Assembly (NCBI RefSeq): GCF_001194135.2
Contig: NC_068991.1
Location: 75,281,683 to 75,345,682 of the forward strand
From: Octopus bimaculoides
Lineage: Eukaryota
Length of the DNA: 64,000 nt
Direction of reading: 5' to 3'
The notes under the pieces are model-generated. The model was not told the origin of the DNA and made no database searches. It saw nothing but the letters and a program-made list of their open reading frames with translations. The translations under genes and the position numbers were made by a program. How positions within the stretch are numbered: position 1 is the first letter of the stretch; each line of letters opens with the position of its first letter. Below, in pieces: positions 63,674-64,000 of this stretch.

Positions 63674-64000
63674 AGATTGCTTAATAAAGAGAATGAATGG
63701 GAGAAAGAGAGCCTGCCTTATGTCGACCCAATAGAGGGACCAGCTATCCGAGTTGATAGTACCAGGGTAGATAAAGCAATTAAGAGTATGAAGACCGGGA
63801 AAGCCCCCGGCCCATCAGGAATCACTGCAGAGATGCTCAAAATATCTGGCAGTGTTGGCTATAGCCTAGTCACCCGTATTACGAACCAGGTGATACACGA
63901 AGGAGTCATACCCTATGACTGGTGTAGCAGCATCATAGTCAACTGCTACAAAGGTAAAGGGGACGCTTTAGATACAAATAATTACAGAGGCATCAAGCTG
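63674..64000 (+). mobile_element. RTE-clade LINE, 5'-truncated, open reading frame at the start of the RT domain, runs off the window
   Basis: 109 uninterrupted codons: RLLNKENEWEKESLPYVDPIEGPAIRVDSTRVDKAIKSMKTGKAPGPSGITAEMLK...IPYDWCSSIIVNCYKGKGDALDTNNYRGIKL. KAPGPSG, W..S.I...YKGKGD and NYRGIKL are typical non-LTR (RTE) RT N-terminal motifs. Confidence 0.9.

Overview
AT-rich, microsatellite-dense animal genomic DNA with nine N-gaps. The repeat landscape (tRNA-derived SINEs, RTE LINEs, (TA)n/(CA)n/(AAT)n/(CAT)n tracts) suggests a cephalopod, probably Octopus; this is an inference. The only host-gene sequence I can support is two + strand coding exons of MON2 (59031-59159 and 60230-60347). 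They have canonical splice sites, matching reading phase and clear similarity to the C-terminal region of human MON2 as I recall it. Neither is correctly delimited in the ORF track, whose ORFs are almost all microsatellite, gap or transposon artefacts. The rest appears to be intron or intergenic DNA filled with mobile elements: RTE, R4/Dong-like, Tx1-like and Penelope retroelements, several SINE families, TTAA MITEs, foldback MITEs and a HINE-like element. The most interesting signals are (1) a Penelope element whose 3' end carries a tRNA-like Pol III head, an (AAT)n spacer and a minimal hammerhead ribozyme motif, with several short copies, some in inverted pairs; (2) a second, degenerate hammerhead family; (3) R4/Dong-like copies sitting in AAT-rich microsatellites; and (4) two AG|GTRAGT sites that could be recursive splice points in a very long MON2 intron (speculative). 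I found no convincing evidence of a wholly new protein-coding system. Repeat boundaries are approximate unless a junction is quoted.
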